DNA of 64,000 nt. Origin: Botryllus schlosseri. Taxonomy: Eukaryota. This document shows, in pieces, positions 40,101-53,526 of this stretch. The notes beneath the pieces were generated by a model. That model was not told the origin of the DNA, searched no databases, and was given only the letters and a program-made list of their open reading frames with translations. Numbering within the stretch: position 1 is the first letter of the stretch; every line of letters starts with the position of its first letter. The translations under genes were made by a program, and so were the position numbers. The stretch covers positions 2,976,001-3,040,000 of the forward strand of contig CM119371.1 in assembly GCA_051294905.1 (NCBI GenBank), read 5' to 3'.

Positions 40101-43100
40101 ACTTATAAGAACTTCTGCTTTTGAATATTACTCCAGGTAGTTGTAACAAGTTTCAAACCGCTCATAATTTATCAGAAAATAAGGGGTCGACTCCGGAATT
40201 CCTACCTAAGTGTTTGAGGTTTATCGCGCCTCCTCCTCGTGATATCATCTGTGTAAACGGTGTCTCATAAAAGCCCAGACGTGAGCCGTGCGACAAGTCG
40301 GCAGGTAAAGGATAGAAATGAAGAAAATTCGCCTGGTCTAAATGACCATGGTAGCCAACAAACACCATGAACACCACAAACAACAACAGAATTACTTCTA
40401 CTTTAATCTGGAGATAGCGCAAGGCTAGAGCCAGGGAGGGCTGTATTGACTCGACTTGGGTCAGATGCGAATCATATCTTGTAAATAGAAAATGACTAGA
40501 CACGTACTTGAGTCAATGCGCACGGCTAGACCAGGTCATATTAGGACCAGACACATTCTATAAGACTTGATTCAAGTCTTGTGTATTAGTAGCGATACTT
40601 ATAATATAGGCCTAGAAACTGTGTTTATCTGTAGTCATACACATGTTAGGAGTGAAAAGAATGAGTATATCATGGTTTTTATTGGTCCTGCCGGCAACCA
40701 ATGTTGGGATGAATCGACTTAACTCGAGTCACTTTTTTCATATGACTTGACTTGACTTGGCGTGTCGGAAATGTGGTTTGACTCGTGACTCGGAGAAAAA
40801 GTTACGAGTCAATTACAAGTCATCAATTAACGGTGTCGATAAAAATGGCTGATCTTGCATATGTTCGAATCGTTCTCGATACGCTGGTGTGACATGTAAG
40901 AGTGAGCAATCACTATTCTGAATGATAATTATAGATTGAGGCTATACGGTTATTTGAGTACTTTATCAGTTCTACGTATGCGTGGGCGATACGAAGCCTT
41001 TTTTTACATGTATTTCAAACTAGGCATAGTCGTCCCATGGTTCCAAACTAATGGCAACTTCCAAACAGCTACTGGTATCAAAATGCGATGACGCAATTAT
41101 GCTTCGTACTTAAAAAAATCAACTTGAATTGAACTATGACTTGACTCGTGACTTGACTTGACTCGACTTAACTCGAGCCACCTTTGAAAATAGGATGACT
41201 TGACTTGACTCGAGTCAAATGTCAATGACTTGAAATGACTCGTGACTCGAAGGTAGTGACTTGGTTCAAAAACTGCCGACAACACGCCACTATTCGGATA
41301 CGAAATCATGGATTTGCCAAAATAATGTAATTTATAATTTACTCACTTTTCACCTCCTCGTGTGTCAGTTGAACATTTATGTTTCTCAGATTCCGACTGA
41401 ACGGTTGAGATTGTCATGCAAACGTCTTTCACGAAATAAATTTAGATGTATCAGAGGAACAGCCTCTCAAATGAGATGTTATGTATGATGATATTCTGAT
41501 GGCAATCCACTGTAATATAATCAAGAGTTGTTGTATAACGTAGATTCAGTAAATGTAGCCATCTATAGAAAGCACAGCACCCGACTATATTCATCTATTT
41601 TCTATAGTCACACGCTGAAATGGCCAGGTGCTCCTCAGTGTTACTCAGGTAGAAGTAACATGATACGTTTTTACTCAAGTGCAATTTACAAGTAACTTGA
41701 AAGACAAATGCCAGTTTTGCCAGAAAAATGAAAACTGTTCAGGTAGAAGTGTAAGTAGTCCTAAATTATAACAACTCGAGTACGGTAATTAGTAATAGTA
41801 TGCAAAACTTATTTGAGATTTAAGTACTTTAAAATAAATTTTAATGACTTCATTACTGACCACCACTGCTTGCAGAGGACCTGAGTTGGTTTTCTAGTTT
41901 ATTTCACGTCCAAGCTTAGCAATGGATGTGTGCGCTTGAAGCGAGATAAAATATATTTTGAGCATCGGCGGCTACATCGGAATGATCAGCGAAGGTTTAG
42001 TTATCGGTTTGATGGGTGGTTCATGAGATATCCGGTAATAGTCAGGCTCTAGTTCAACACACAATGGCAGGGGGCAGACTAGTACACCATACTCTACCAA
42101 CCAATGGACCGGGAACTACCTAATTTTTAAAACAAGCAACTATAACTACTTATTTTCAAAACTAGTAACTAGAATTACTCATTTTTCAAAATTCGCTACT
42201 AGAAATAGAAATTTAATTACTCAATTTTTAACAATTAGCAACTTGAATTGGAACTACGCTATTTTTAAAATCCGTCACTAGAACTAGAACTACTTATTTT
42301 TCAAAACTAGCAATTAGAACTGGAACTACTCAAGTTTTCAAAACAAGTAACTAGAAATAGAAGTATAATCACTCAATTTTTGAAAATTAGCAGCTCGAGT
42401 TAAAACCGGAACTACGATCTTTTCAAAATCCGTAACTAGAACTAGGACTGGCTACTAGGGTGGAGTGAAAAATGGAAAATTTTGAATTTTAAAACGGACA
42501 CTTGATATGTGGTGCCAAATTAAAAAAAAATAATCTATAATAATTTTGGGCTCGTGCACCCTCTAGTTTTCGAAATTGACTAGACTTTACTATAGTCAAT
42601 CTGTATAATGACTCAGTTTGAACGCGAGTCATTGCGCATGGCTCTGACCAAGTGATATGACTCGAGTCTGAAACGGCCAAGACCAACATACCTTTGCAAT
42701 TTCGAAGAATAGTGAAGTAACCACAGTGTTGGTATTTCATCAATTGTTACTGGTACTTGAAAATGCAATCTGAAACTGTTCAAAATGCGAAAATCAGTTT
42801 ATATGTCTTAAATGTCAACCATTCGATATCGCCAGATATCGTTATAAAAAGTAGTTTTAACAAGACTAAATCGAAACCGAGCAGTCAACGCAATGACTTC
42901 GACTCGGACTCGAGTCATAATATCATGACTTGGACTTGACCCTCTGCTCGCTGACTTGGACTCGGAATGACTCGATGGTGAATTAAAAATGACTCGACTT
43001 GACTCGAGTTGAAACTATAAAAGTAAGATTGACTTGCGACACAGAGCCTGTATGGTTGTCACTAAATGATTAGGAACTTCAACGTCACAAGATTTGAAAA

Positions 43101-43306
43101 TAATACGTTCTGTTTTGGAATGACCGCAAGATCAGACTACAGCTTCAATGACTACGTCTACTTACTCAACCTTGTAAATTGTGAATTTAACACTCACACA
43201 CATACCTACACACAATCCCGAAGCCTGTACAATACATAAACAGAGCATGTCAGCACCACAATACCGACAAGTTTGTGCTGAATGTTGAATATTGGCACTC
43301 ACGTAC

Positions 43307-43419
43307 CTGGTCATAGGAGGTCGAGACCCAAATTACTCTTGTCCTCCTTTTGATTCTTTAGTTTCTTCTGTTGAAGCACATTGATAGCTTAGAATCTCAC
43401 TCCCGTTCATGATCTTGCC
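43307..43419 (-). pseudogene. RBM28: RBM28-like exon, copy 2 (RRM3 end plus RNLYLAREG linker)
   Basis: GKIMNGSEI.../fs/QKEDKSNLGL-DLL*PG|; same splice sites and ending (ATGACCAG|GTA) as 49594-49716. Confidence 0.6.
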
Positions 43420-44012
43420 CTGAAACAATACCCAAACACACAGTTACAGCAAGATTTATACATACTACGAATCTAGTCAGTCGACGGTCATTAACTACTG
43501 GTTATCCCGTAGTCCTAGTACTAGTTACAATTTTTTTAATGCGAGAAGTTCTAGTTGCATTACGGAATAAGTTAGTTGCGAAACTATAAAACACGTGTCA
43601 CCGTTCTGTGAATCGTGATATCGGTGTTCAATTGTGCGTTGTTCTTGCATTGCTAGCTAAGAGTCATCACTACTAACAGTGGTTAAGCCCGGTGGTGGGT
43701 TTTGATTCACGGAACCCCTTTCATCGCAAGCTCGATATCCTGGCCTTTTGTAATGCCGAATCTATCTCCAATATTTCTTAGGTTGTTTGTGATTCAGTAA
43801 TTTGTATTATCCATTATTAGTCAGCTCTGTTTTAGTTAGTTGGTTTCAAGTCATCAAAGATAGTTAGTTCTATAAAATAGAGTCTAGTTGTGGTTGCGAA
43901 TTTTGGAAAATGAGTACCGTACAGATTTTGCAAATCCAATAGTTAGTAAAGGTCTTGTTGCAGCGCCGTAACAGTGGATTGAAAGTACCACTTAGCATGG
44001 ACGCATATACAT

Positions 44013-44393
44013 TAGTGCGGAGCATGGACCGGAGCCGGGTTGGATATCCGGCCGGATTTTTTTAAATTTTGGTTGGACCGTATCGGAGCCGGATCAGTAC
44101 TTCTTTGATAAGGCCAGAATCTCTATGGATAAGCATGACGTTTGTAACTAAATAACTACCGACCAACAACACGCAAGTAACCGCCAAGCCAGTGCGAAAA
44201 GAAACGAGCTATATTTTTAAATTCATGGAACCACCGTGTACCGTGTTAGGTCGGATTTCCAGCAGGACTTTTTAATTTTTGGTCGGAGCCGGATCAATAC
44301 TTTTTACTGATACGGCCGGATCGGAGCCGGACCAGAGAATTGACAAACCGGGTCGGAGCCGGACCAGAGAATTTGTCGATCCGCTCCTCCCTA
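44013..44393. mobile_element. hAT MITE with ccggagccgg motifs
   Basis: TAGTGCGGAGC / rc TAGGGAGGAGC termini; perfect TSD ATATACAT. Confidence 0.85.
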
Positions 44394-44403
44394 ATATACA
44401 TAC

Positions 44404-44517
44404 GTTTCATCGCCATTCAGCTCGCCGATACAAATTGTCGTTTCTTCCGGGGTCTTGGATTGGACGTAAGCACATTTCTTGGACTGGCTGATGGGCTATG
44501 GTAGAATTGCTGACGAA
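44404..44517 (-). pseudogene. RBM28: RRM RNP1 half exon (most like RBM28 RRM3)
   Basis: AILP*PISQSKKCAYVQSKTPEETTICIGELNGDET|GTATGT vs human (recalled) [28 protein letters not shown]. Confidence 0.55.
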
Positions 44518-44792
44518 CTAAACAATATATATTGAAAATGTGACAGCGACCTATTCAAATACACAAATACATGCAGAAAAACACGAGTTATACAGCGTAT
44601 AAGGAGTCTTAAATTTTTTTTTTCAAATTCAACTGACTACATGATAAAGTTGTTAGTTTGGCTAGAAAAACTCACTACACAAAACTTGGTTTAATACCAA
44701 TTAGTAGCCACGTTGCTACAAGAGATGAAAGATTTGGATATAGCCTAATATATAAAAATTAAATAATTTTTTTTTCAATACTTTCTGATCAC

Positions 44793-45336
44793 CAGGGTTG
44801 TAACCGAGTCACAAGGCTCCGAGTCACAAGTCAATCTCGCTTTTATAGTTTTGACTCGAGTCAAGTCGAGTCATTTCAATTCACCACCGAGTCAAGTCCG
44901 AGTCCAAGTCAGCGAGCAGAGTGCCGAGTCCGAGTCATGGAATTATGACTCGAGTCCCAGTCCAAGTCATTGCGTTGACTGTTCAGTTTCCAATTGAAGT
45001 CTTGGTAAACCCGCTTTTATAGCACTGTTTGGTGATATCGAATGGTTCGCATTTATAATATGCCAATTTTCGTCACTTTCAGCAGTTTATGGTCGCATTT
45101 TCAAGTACCAGTACCAGTACCAACAGACGAAATCCCAATAGTGTGTTGGCCTTAGAATTACAATGAAATATCAGTCTTGGCCGTCTGAGTCTCGAGTCAA
45201 TGACTTGGTTCGAGTCAGTACACAGAATGACTCGAGTCGAGTCGAGTCATTTCGGTATTTTGAATAAATGACTTGAGTCAAGTCGAGTCATCAGAAAATC
45301 GTGAGTCGAGTCATGACTCGAGTCATTACAACTCTG
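44793..45336. mobile_element. hAT MITE (CAG(G/A)GTTGTAA TIR, GACTCGAGTC-rich)
   Basis: Perfect TSD CTGATCAC (44785-44792, 45337-45344). Confidence 0.92.
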
Positions 45337-45654
45337 CTGATCACCCCATGAAATTTATAGTTTTTCGACAGAAACGCTGCCAAACTAATTTGGTCAATTC
45401 CAACCAATGGAAGCCGAGTTATTGCATTCGAAAAATTAGGATATGAAAAAATTAATAACCTGCCCACCGTGAATACGACACCAATTATTCATATCCAAAT
45501 TTCCGACTGCAATAACTCCGCTTCCACTGGTTGGAATTGAGCTAAATGTTGGATTGGTGTTGAAACTTCTCAAAGCTTCAAAAGCGTGTTCGACTTTTCA
45601 TGCTTGAAATTGATGAATGCGTATCAGAGCTATCTTCTAACTTCTAATATTTAC

Positions 45655-45738
45655 GAAGGGATTAATCAGATCTCGTATCACTCGAGATTCAGTGATAACT
45701 ACACCACGTCCATCTTTGTACTGGAACAGGGGAAGTTG
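45655..45738 (-). pseudogene. RBM28: RBM28-like exon (RRM4 helix1-beta2)
   Basis: QLPLFQYKDGRGVVITESRVIRDLINPF vs human (recalled) [27 protein letters not shown]; good splice sites. Confidence 0.7.
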
Positions 45739-46564
45739 CTGAAATAGGATGGATAGGATTTTATCAAAGAACTCATAGAGCAAACATGTTGGCCGATACG
45801 AAAGAAGTGCAATACATTCGAGTCCTCTGTTTTAGGCAGTGTTGATCCGCACCCTTTCAGCCAAATGAAGACACTGCTTTGTTCAAGTTAACCGGAAATT
45901 TAATCGCTTTCTTCATGTCTGTGCATTACTGCATTGGGGCTGTTCAAAATGAGTTTTTTCTGGATTCCAGTCATTCAGTGAAAATAGTCAGGTTACTTTA
46001 AAGAACGTTGCACACCAAATTTGGTTCAATTCTGACAAGCATAGGGCTTCGGAGATACAATTGAAATTTTCAATTTATGAGGGAAAATTAACAAAAAAAT
46101 CAAGGATAATAATCAGAGAATTATCAACGAAAAACTCGAATAACTCCGTTTCTATTAGTTGAAATTGAGTCAAATTTGTTTTTCATCGTTCTTGAAGACA
46201 GCTCAACAATATCATGGCGTTGACAGAAAAACCTTGATTTTTTAAAAAATTTCACCTAATAAATCAACTATTTCAATCTAATTTTGAAAAATTGTGTAGC
46301 CGTAACTGTGATTCTGATCAAATTTTTTAAAAAAACAGTCTATATAGTCATAATTCTAAATGTAGTATAATTTGTCAAAAAACTGTAGCTTTTAGCTATC
46401 ATTCTAATTCCAATCTAATTTGAAAAAGTTGAAAATGATCTAGTTGTCCAAATCTGTCTTAGAGAACCCCTGGAGTTATCGTGTCAACTGTCAACCCCTC
46501 GTAGAAACCACTGCTTCAAGATAGCTTAATTAGAAAGTAGCTAATAGCTGTGATTCTGACATAC

Positions 46565-46716
46565 CTTCAGCTTTTGACACTTCTAGTAAGATTGTCAGCA
46601 CATAGTCGAGTACTCGAGTTGTACGTTTGCATTTTTCAGTTTGGCCTGTTTTGCATTTTCGATCTTCACACGTTTCTTCAATTCTGTTGCGCTGAGACCT
46701 TCAGGGGCTTGCGTTT
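46565..46716 (-). pseudogene. RBM28: RBM28-like exon (linker plus RRM4 RNP2), frameshifted
   Basis: TQAPEGLSATELKKRVKIENAKQAKLKNANV/fs/SSTRLCADNLTRSV vs human (recalled) [47 protein letters not shown]. Confidence 0.85.
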
Positions 46717-47406
46717 CTATACAGAAAAATTACAGGTGGTCAGTGTAGTCAGCAATTCACTTTTCTAGAAGTGTTAATCAGAGGTGGCTACCTAGCTTCA
46801 CGCAGGATTGATATGACACGATTTTCTGGTGACTCGACTTAACTCGCGTAATTTTTTCAAAGGACTTGACTGTAGGGTTACCATATTCTGGAATCGGGAA
46901 ACGAGGACACTTTATAAAAATTTTCAAACTTAGAACAGTCAAAATTAGGTCAAAATTGTAGCGTTAGGCCGAAAATTGTCTAAATTGTTTACAAATTATT
47001 AACTTTTTTGTAACCTGCATTTCGTTCATTTTGTAGATTTTGCACTGTCCGTGAACTTACCATTTGACATTTTACCGTCTGTAGCCTACTTTATAGGCCT
47101 ACACCTACACTCTACAGTTGTAGACGGGCCCCTTGTCTGCTCATTGTGAATCGTAAACATTTAAATGAAACAAATAGGTTGACATGGTGTTATGCTCAAC
47201 GTACTGCAACATCCCAACTGAAGCAACACTGCGTGGGCATTGCATGGTTCTTATATCAAGAAGCGTTTTGCTACTAAACATTTTAATTATTTCTAACATA
47301 ATGCGTAATGTAACTTCTGCAATTCTTGATAGGGCCAGATTTTGTTAAAATAAAGTTGAAAAATTTTAAGTTATCGAGGCAAACAAGTTTTATTCAGGTC
47401 ATACTA

Positions 47407-48117
47407 CCGTAATTTTCCATGTATAATCCGCAAAATTTACACGATTTTTGCCATAAAATCGGGGGTGCGTATTATACATGGGAACAACGCGATTGAAAAA
47501 AATCTCCCTCGATATAAAACTTGAAATCACACCTTTCTTTATGTTTGTTTCCAATCGCGCATCACTTTCAGCTATCGCGGGTAGTAATTCGTACTATAGA
47601 GTGTGACGCGCTGCCAATTAAGGGAAGCGCGTTGCTAATTAACGGGAGCCGTGTACACTATCACACGATCTCCTGCTGAGTTGGTTTGCCGGTTTTACGC
47701 GAGCGAAATGAGGTCAGTAATATTCATCGCGTCAACGCCAGGCCCGAACAATCGTATATACAGGAGGCCATGTGCGCAAGATATAATCGCTTGCGTAATC
47801 AGTCGCATCTCCAACAGACCTGTTGCACATGACATAACCGTTAGCCTAGGCGCAATCGCATCTGTAATAGGCATCGTGCGCAAGATGTTGGATGTCGGTT
47901 CGTTGGCCTAAACTAACTCGCCGCCGGCCTCGCAGGCTTTGGCTGCTATCTACTATCGTTTACAGACAATACCGTTAATTGTATAATGTCGGAACTATTC
48001 ATGCACTGAAATGCAGGGTGCGTACTATACATGGGTACAGGCTTTTTCCCGGAATTTACATGCTATTTTAGGGGTGCGTATTATACATGGGGGCGTACTA
48101 TACTTGGAAAATTACGG
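47407..48117. mobile_element. Tc1/mariner-pogo type non-autonomous element
   Basis: TA|CCGTAATTTTCCA...TGGAAAATTACGG|TA; second copy at ~55212-55870. Confidence 0.88.
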
Positions 48118-49593
48118 TACTTCGTAAGAAGTAAGTACAGACAGTAGTAAGTACAGACAGTTCCAACCAGAAATGAAGACAATTCTAACATTATGTGGGA
48201 AAACACCTAATTTGCATACATTTTAAAAGCTTTTTGGTCGAAAAATGTTATTTTTCAGGTGAAAAAATAACCCTAGTCAAAACCAGACATGTCATCAAAT
48301 TCTCTGTTGGGATCGCCAGAATTCTGATTGCATTTGCATTTTCCTTACCATTCAGCAGGTCGGAGGTGCGGTCTTCAATCGGACACATCCCTCGGACATG
48401 CCAATGGCGATCTGTATAGAAGATGTCAAAAATGTAACAGCAACACATTGAATTTGAAAGATATGAATACATGCAGGAAATAATGTACACGCATCTGATA
48501 TCTGATGATCATACGTACAACACACTTGATAATAAAAAGGAAGCACCAAGTTTCTCATTCAATGCAAATTTTTGATATTTATTTATTTATTTGATATTTT
48601 TGATATTTGGTATCGCCATGACCCAATTTGAGTTTTTTTTCATAATTCTGGGATTATCCTTGATCGGTGGATAATCTAAGAATTATCATCAAAAAACTCA
48701 AATACCTCTGCTTCTACTGGTTGGATTTGAGTCAAATTTGTTTTCCATCGTTTTTGAAGACAGCGCAACAATTTCATAGGGACAGAAGAATTTGATTTTT
48801 TTTTTCGCATTTTTTATAAATTCAAAATTTTCACACTGTACGCGCTTACAGGTTGTAATGAATTCAAATTTCGCGTGTATCATTTTTTAAGGCAACCCAA
48901 TGATTTATTCGCGTAGCCGACAAGATTCAGGATTTTTTTTTTTCAACAGCCCGACTGCACAGCCTGTCGTAGTGGTGTGGCGGAAGAGAGGGATGTGGCC
49001 AATTTTGCCCCATTTCCTCATGATTGGGCAACTACATGATACTGCACTATAGTTGTACCAGACGCAAATGAATAGCTTTGCACAGCATATAGGCAAATAG
49101 AGTGGAACATGACGTAACTAAAATATCATGACATTGCAGTTCCAATACAGTAGTTTTCTGAAGAAAATAGCTATACTCAAAAAAAATTCATGATTTTATC
49201 TTTAATTTGATACCACAACAGTTTTAGAGAGAAGAGACTCTTGAAAACAATAATTTTTGAATATTTTTGTACGACAACATTTTTCAACAACCGATGCTTC
49301 AGCAATACCTAAACATTTATTACATATTGGAAAGCAAAATGCATGTAAATGCTGGTTTTATTTTCTTTTTAATTGGGGTCACCTCTAAAGAGGTTGCCGA
49401 CCGTAGACTTTGACAACTCGATAATCCTAGTCTAATTCCACTAAATTAGAGCGAAATGCCAGTCATCTAATTCTATTCTAATTTGGAAAAGTCCAAAATT
49501 TTCTAGTTTTCAAAGTCTGACCGACCGGTGGTCTAGAGTAGGTCAGCCCCACGATACTGACGATTTTTTTGCTGAATATTAGACCGCACATAC

Positions 49594-49716
49594 CTGGTCA
49601 TAAGAGACCGTCCCTGCCAAGATATAAATCCCTCTGGCCATCTTTCTCATTCCGTCATTTCTTTGTCTGCTCACAGCTTGATTAACTCGAATCTCATTCC
49701 CTTCCAGGCTGTTGCC
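49594..49716 (-). pseudogene. RBM28: RBM28-like exon, copy 1 (RRM3 end plus linker)
   Basis: GNSLEGNEIRVNQAVSR.../fs/DGQRDLYLGRDGLL*PG| vs human (recalled) GLKLDGRQLKVDLAVTR...TRNLYLAREGLIRAG; phase-1 donor fits exon 46716. Confidence 0.85.
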
Positions 49717-52049
49717 CTGCAATGGTAGTTACAAAGTCACACATATGTTGACAGACCGACTTGTACAAGCTATCATCTAGTTAGTTGACGATCAACTAAC
49801 CACTGATTATTTAGTAGTTCTGGTTCTAGTTGCGGATTTCGGAAAGTAGGGAGTTGCAGTTGCGCATTTCAGAAAATAATTTGTGGTACCGTGGTACAAT
49901 GATTTGCGTACCGGTACTCGAATCTGAATCAAGCACCGTAACCGTAATGATTCGAGTCGAGCAGTGAAAGACGATTTTTTGGACTAATAAAAGTGTACGC
50001 CAAGTTTCATCAAAAAGTTATAACTGCATCAATTTTCTGAAACCTCGATTGGTCGTATCATAACATACGAAACATATTGTACAAAGCTATGCACGTTAGA
50101 GTCAATAACATTTCTGTGTTGCTGGGATCGACTTGCAACTTTGTCACGAAGCCAAATAAAGTATTTTCGAAAAATACCAAATCATCATTATGTGGTGAAG
50201 AGCTAGCCTTATGTTTCGCAGTTGCATGAAAAGTAGGCTACATACTCAAGCTTTTGGGTGTCCCATATACTTTTATCATCATCATAAGCGAATATCAAAT
50301 ACTCGACATGAAGCCTAATACTTGATTCAGGATAGAATCACTCATGCACTATGTAATCACTCATGTAGGCCTACTATGTAATCACTCATGTAAGTCTAGT
50401 AATTACAAGCAAACCTTTTTCCTGCATGATTTCATCTCCAGCATCATCGTCCATCGGTAATTACATTTCAAGTCGACAACACAGTCACCCACTAGGTCTC
50501 AGATGTTCATGTCATTTTAGGAGTAAATATGGTATCTAGCACTGAGTGTAGAAAACATGATGTTTTCAATATCCATACACTGAAACCATTTGTGCTCACT
50601 TAACGATGAAGTTTAATCACGTTAGTTTCACATTCCTCGTTACAGTAAGGTCATTCATGGCAGGACACCAAAGATGAATATTTTTTCACTGGCTTGCTAA
50701 ATTCATAGATTTATACAACATGACAACATTCTCAGGTAGAAGTAGCTCATTTATACAGACACAAGTTCAGATCTGCATAAAAACAGCACTTGGATTTCAC
50801 GGTTAAATGAGCAGAAAGCTTGTTTTCATCACGCGATAACTTGAAAACTTCATTCAAAATGGATACCGGTAGCTCAGCTATAGCATTTTACAAGGTGATG
50901 AGTTAAATTTCAGCAAAATCTGCAACTTGATGGAGACCGAATTTCTCTTCGGTTCATTTCACATAGAATTACCTATATACAGCAGTTACCTAATGTCACA
51001 AACAATCCAGTAGGCTGGCTTGGTCATGGCTCAAGGTTGAACTTAATCAGACTTCCAGGATCATTTTACATTCAGTAATTTCATTCTCAAGCGAGGCAGG
51101 AACGAACGATCGATACTCCATGGAAACTCGCAAATCATGTTTGATAGAAGCTGTAAGCCAATATGTTATCGGTGTCTCGTACGGACTAAAGACTCTACTG
51201 AATACACACAGGTGTGAAGCAAGACGCTGAGAACCGTCTTGGCACACCAAACATATTACTCTAAATGTATCAGGATTCCATTTTCGGGCATAAACACTTC
51301 TTCCTTGGCGAGAGCGATTTTCAGAGTCCGGGGTTACCGGTATTGACTATCAAGCCATGTTACCATTTCAAAAGATTTCACATCACACCAAACCTTTCGT
51401 AACAAACAGATGCAGCCAGAGGCCATCACAATTTCGAGTTGGTAACCTCTATTCCTATCGATATACCAAGACTGTACTATTGTATGTGAGCATAGTAGAA
51501 GCGCTAAACGGTATGCCAATAAAGCACTGGTCTACAATCAATCAACGCTTTACCGAGTAATATAAGTGAATCAGCCTGTACTCTGAAACATATTAGCTAT
51601 ATCTCAAACGTCCGATCGAATTAAAACTGATATTAGTACACTCAATCAGCAGATTTCACTCCATGTTTTGACTCAGAGCCATTCATGCACGTGAGACATT
51701 AGCTCCACCACGCGGAAGGATGAAAGGCGTTAAATCGATAACATCATGCAGTTCGATATTACATTTCCTTCAAAAATCTATTTAGTTTTGTCATCTCTCC
51801 TAATTTTATTCTCCTGTACATGTCGTTATCATCGGATAAGTCGATAAAGCGCACACTCGAATAGGGTACGTATTATAAGCATTTAAAAGAACTATACTGC
51901 TAGAAAAGTTAGGAGCCATCGATGCATGACGTCCTTGGAAGCCGAGGAGACCGCTTGCCTAGTAACCACTGTATATATCGTTTTGCACTTTGCCCTATGC
52001 CAGGGGCGGGCAACTTGTCCGGTCAGTGAGCCGCATATGGGAAAATTAG

Positions 52050-52350
52050 GCACTTGGCGGGCCAGATTACAGAATATATACAATTATATATTATACCTTA
52101 ATCGCGTATTTATCCACCGCTACAATGAATCAATTGTGTTTAATACCAGCTATCCGACAGTCGTCGAGCATGTCCGCATTCAAGTCGAAATACAAGCAAT
52201 TTCTCCTAAATCAATACTAGCCAGTCTTCGGGATTACCGGACCACGACCTAACATCGACCTCGCCCTTCGCCACATGCCACCTCATTTTGTCGCTTGCGT
52301 CTTATATTCTCTGCATTACTTTTCAGTCAGTGTCCACGCCTCTTATTTAC
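52050..52350. repeat. dispersed repeat, second copy at ~59150-59465
   Basis: Shared cattcaagtcgaaatacaagcaatt...attaccggaccacgac; class unresolved. Confidence 0.7.
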
Positions 52351-53163
52351 TTCGCCTAGGCTAAGGTTGGTGTCTGATCTTAATGGCTGCTTCAAGTTGT
52401 TTCGACACCTTCCTATCTTCGCATTGTATCGCAGTCTTGTGATGTTTTGAAACGATGAAAATATTAATAAACCTGATTGATTGATGTAAACTTCAAGTTT
52501 AAAGCATAGAGATCAAAAAGAGTATTTCATGAATTTCTTTACAACAGCTATTGAAGTCAATTAGACATCTATGGTCACTCAATACTAGTTTTTTGAACTC
52601 TGATTGCATGTCATATGCAAAAACCCTTAGTGAAGACTGCTAATGTTCGCGGCAGTGTTGGGATTTAGTCACTGCCAATGGGCGGGATGGCCAAATGTGA
52701 ATCGAAATTAATAACAAACATGAAGAAAGATGCGATTTGAAGTTTTATTTGGAGGGAGATTTTTTTCAAGAATTGTTGTACCCAACCTTAAAATACATTT
52801 ACTGGTACCTTTGATTTAATTTTATTGGGTCTATAACAAATAAGGGCTATTGTTCTGTCTCTAAGGATCATGAGAACTTCTCAATGTCTTATTTAGCAGA
52901 ATAACGTTAGTTTATGCTACAAGAACAATATATTATAGATACACAGTGTGCCGCCACAGAATCTCAGGTGGCCGTGAGTCTTTCTGGGATTTCCAAAAAA
53001 ACACTGTGTGTGTATAATATTGAAGATTCGGCATGCAGACAAGCAGATGTGTCTTGAAAGCGGTCAAACGTTTACAGCAAACTGATAAAAAAGAACAGAG
53101 GACCAAGTACACTGTCCATGAAACCAATCCTGGCCTTGCCGATGAATAGGGTAATGTCTAAAT

Positions 53164-53526
53164 CAGTGGTTCCCAACCTATTTCGACCCATCGCCCCCTT
53201 TTCAAGCTCAACACCGATCATCGCCCCCCAAATTTTGTGTACAGAAAATTGGGCATACAATTCTGTAATCAACGGCGTGTTGACTGAAAAAAATAAAACT
53301 AAAAAAGGTCAACTTGACGGTTCGAAGCCTAATTTGACACTTTTGTAACTAAATTTCCGTGGGTATACTAAAAAAAAAAGGTCAGCTGTTTTGACGCGTA
53401 ATCGCCCCCCTATCGCCCCCTTCGCTATTTTCGCCCCCTTTGTAAATTTTCGCCCCCCTATCGCCCCCTTCGTCATTTTCGCCCACCTAGAACGCCAAAT
53501 CGCCCCCCGGTGGGCGATAACCGCTG
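53164..53526. mobile_element. hAT MITE with ATCGCCCC subrepeats
   Basis: CAGTGGTTCCCAACC start, degenerate right end; perfect TSD GTCTAAAT. Confidence 0.85.

Noticed and set aside
45816-45873. Extra exon VFIWLKGCGSTLPKTEDSN upstream of 45738
   Set aside because: Weak acceptor, and RBM28 homology runs directly from exon 46565 to exon 45738.
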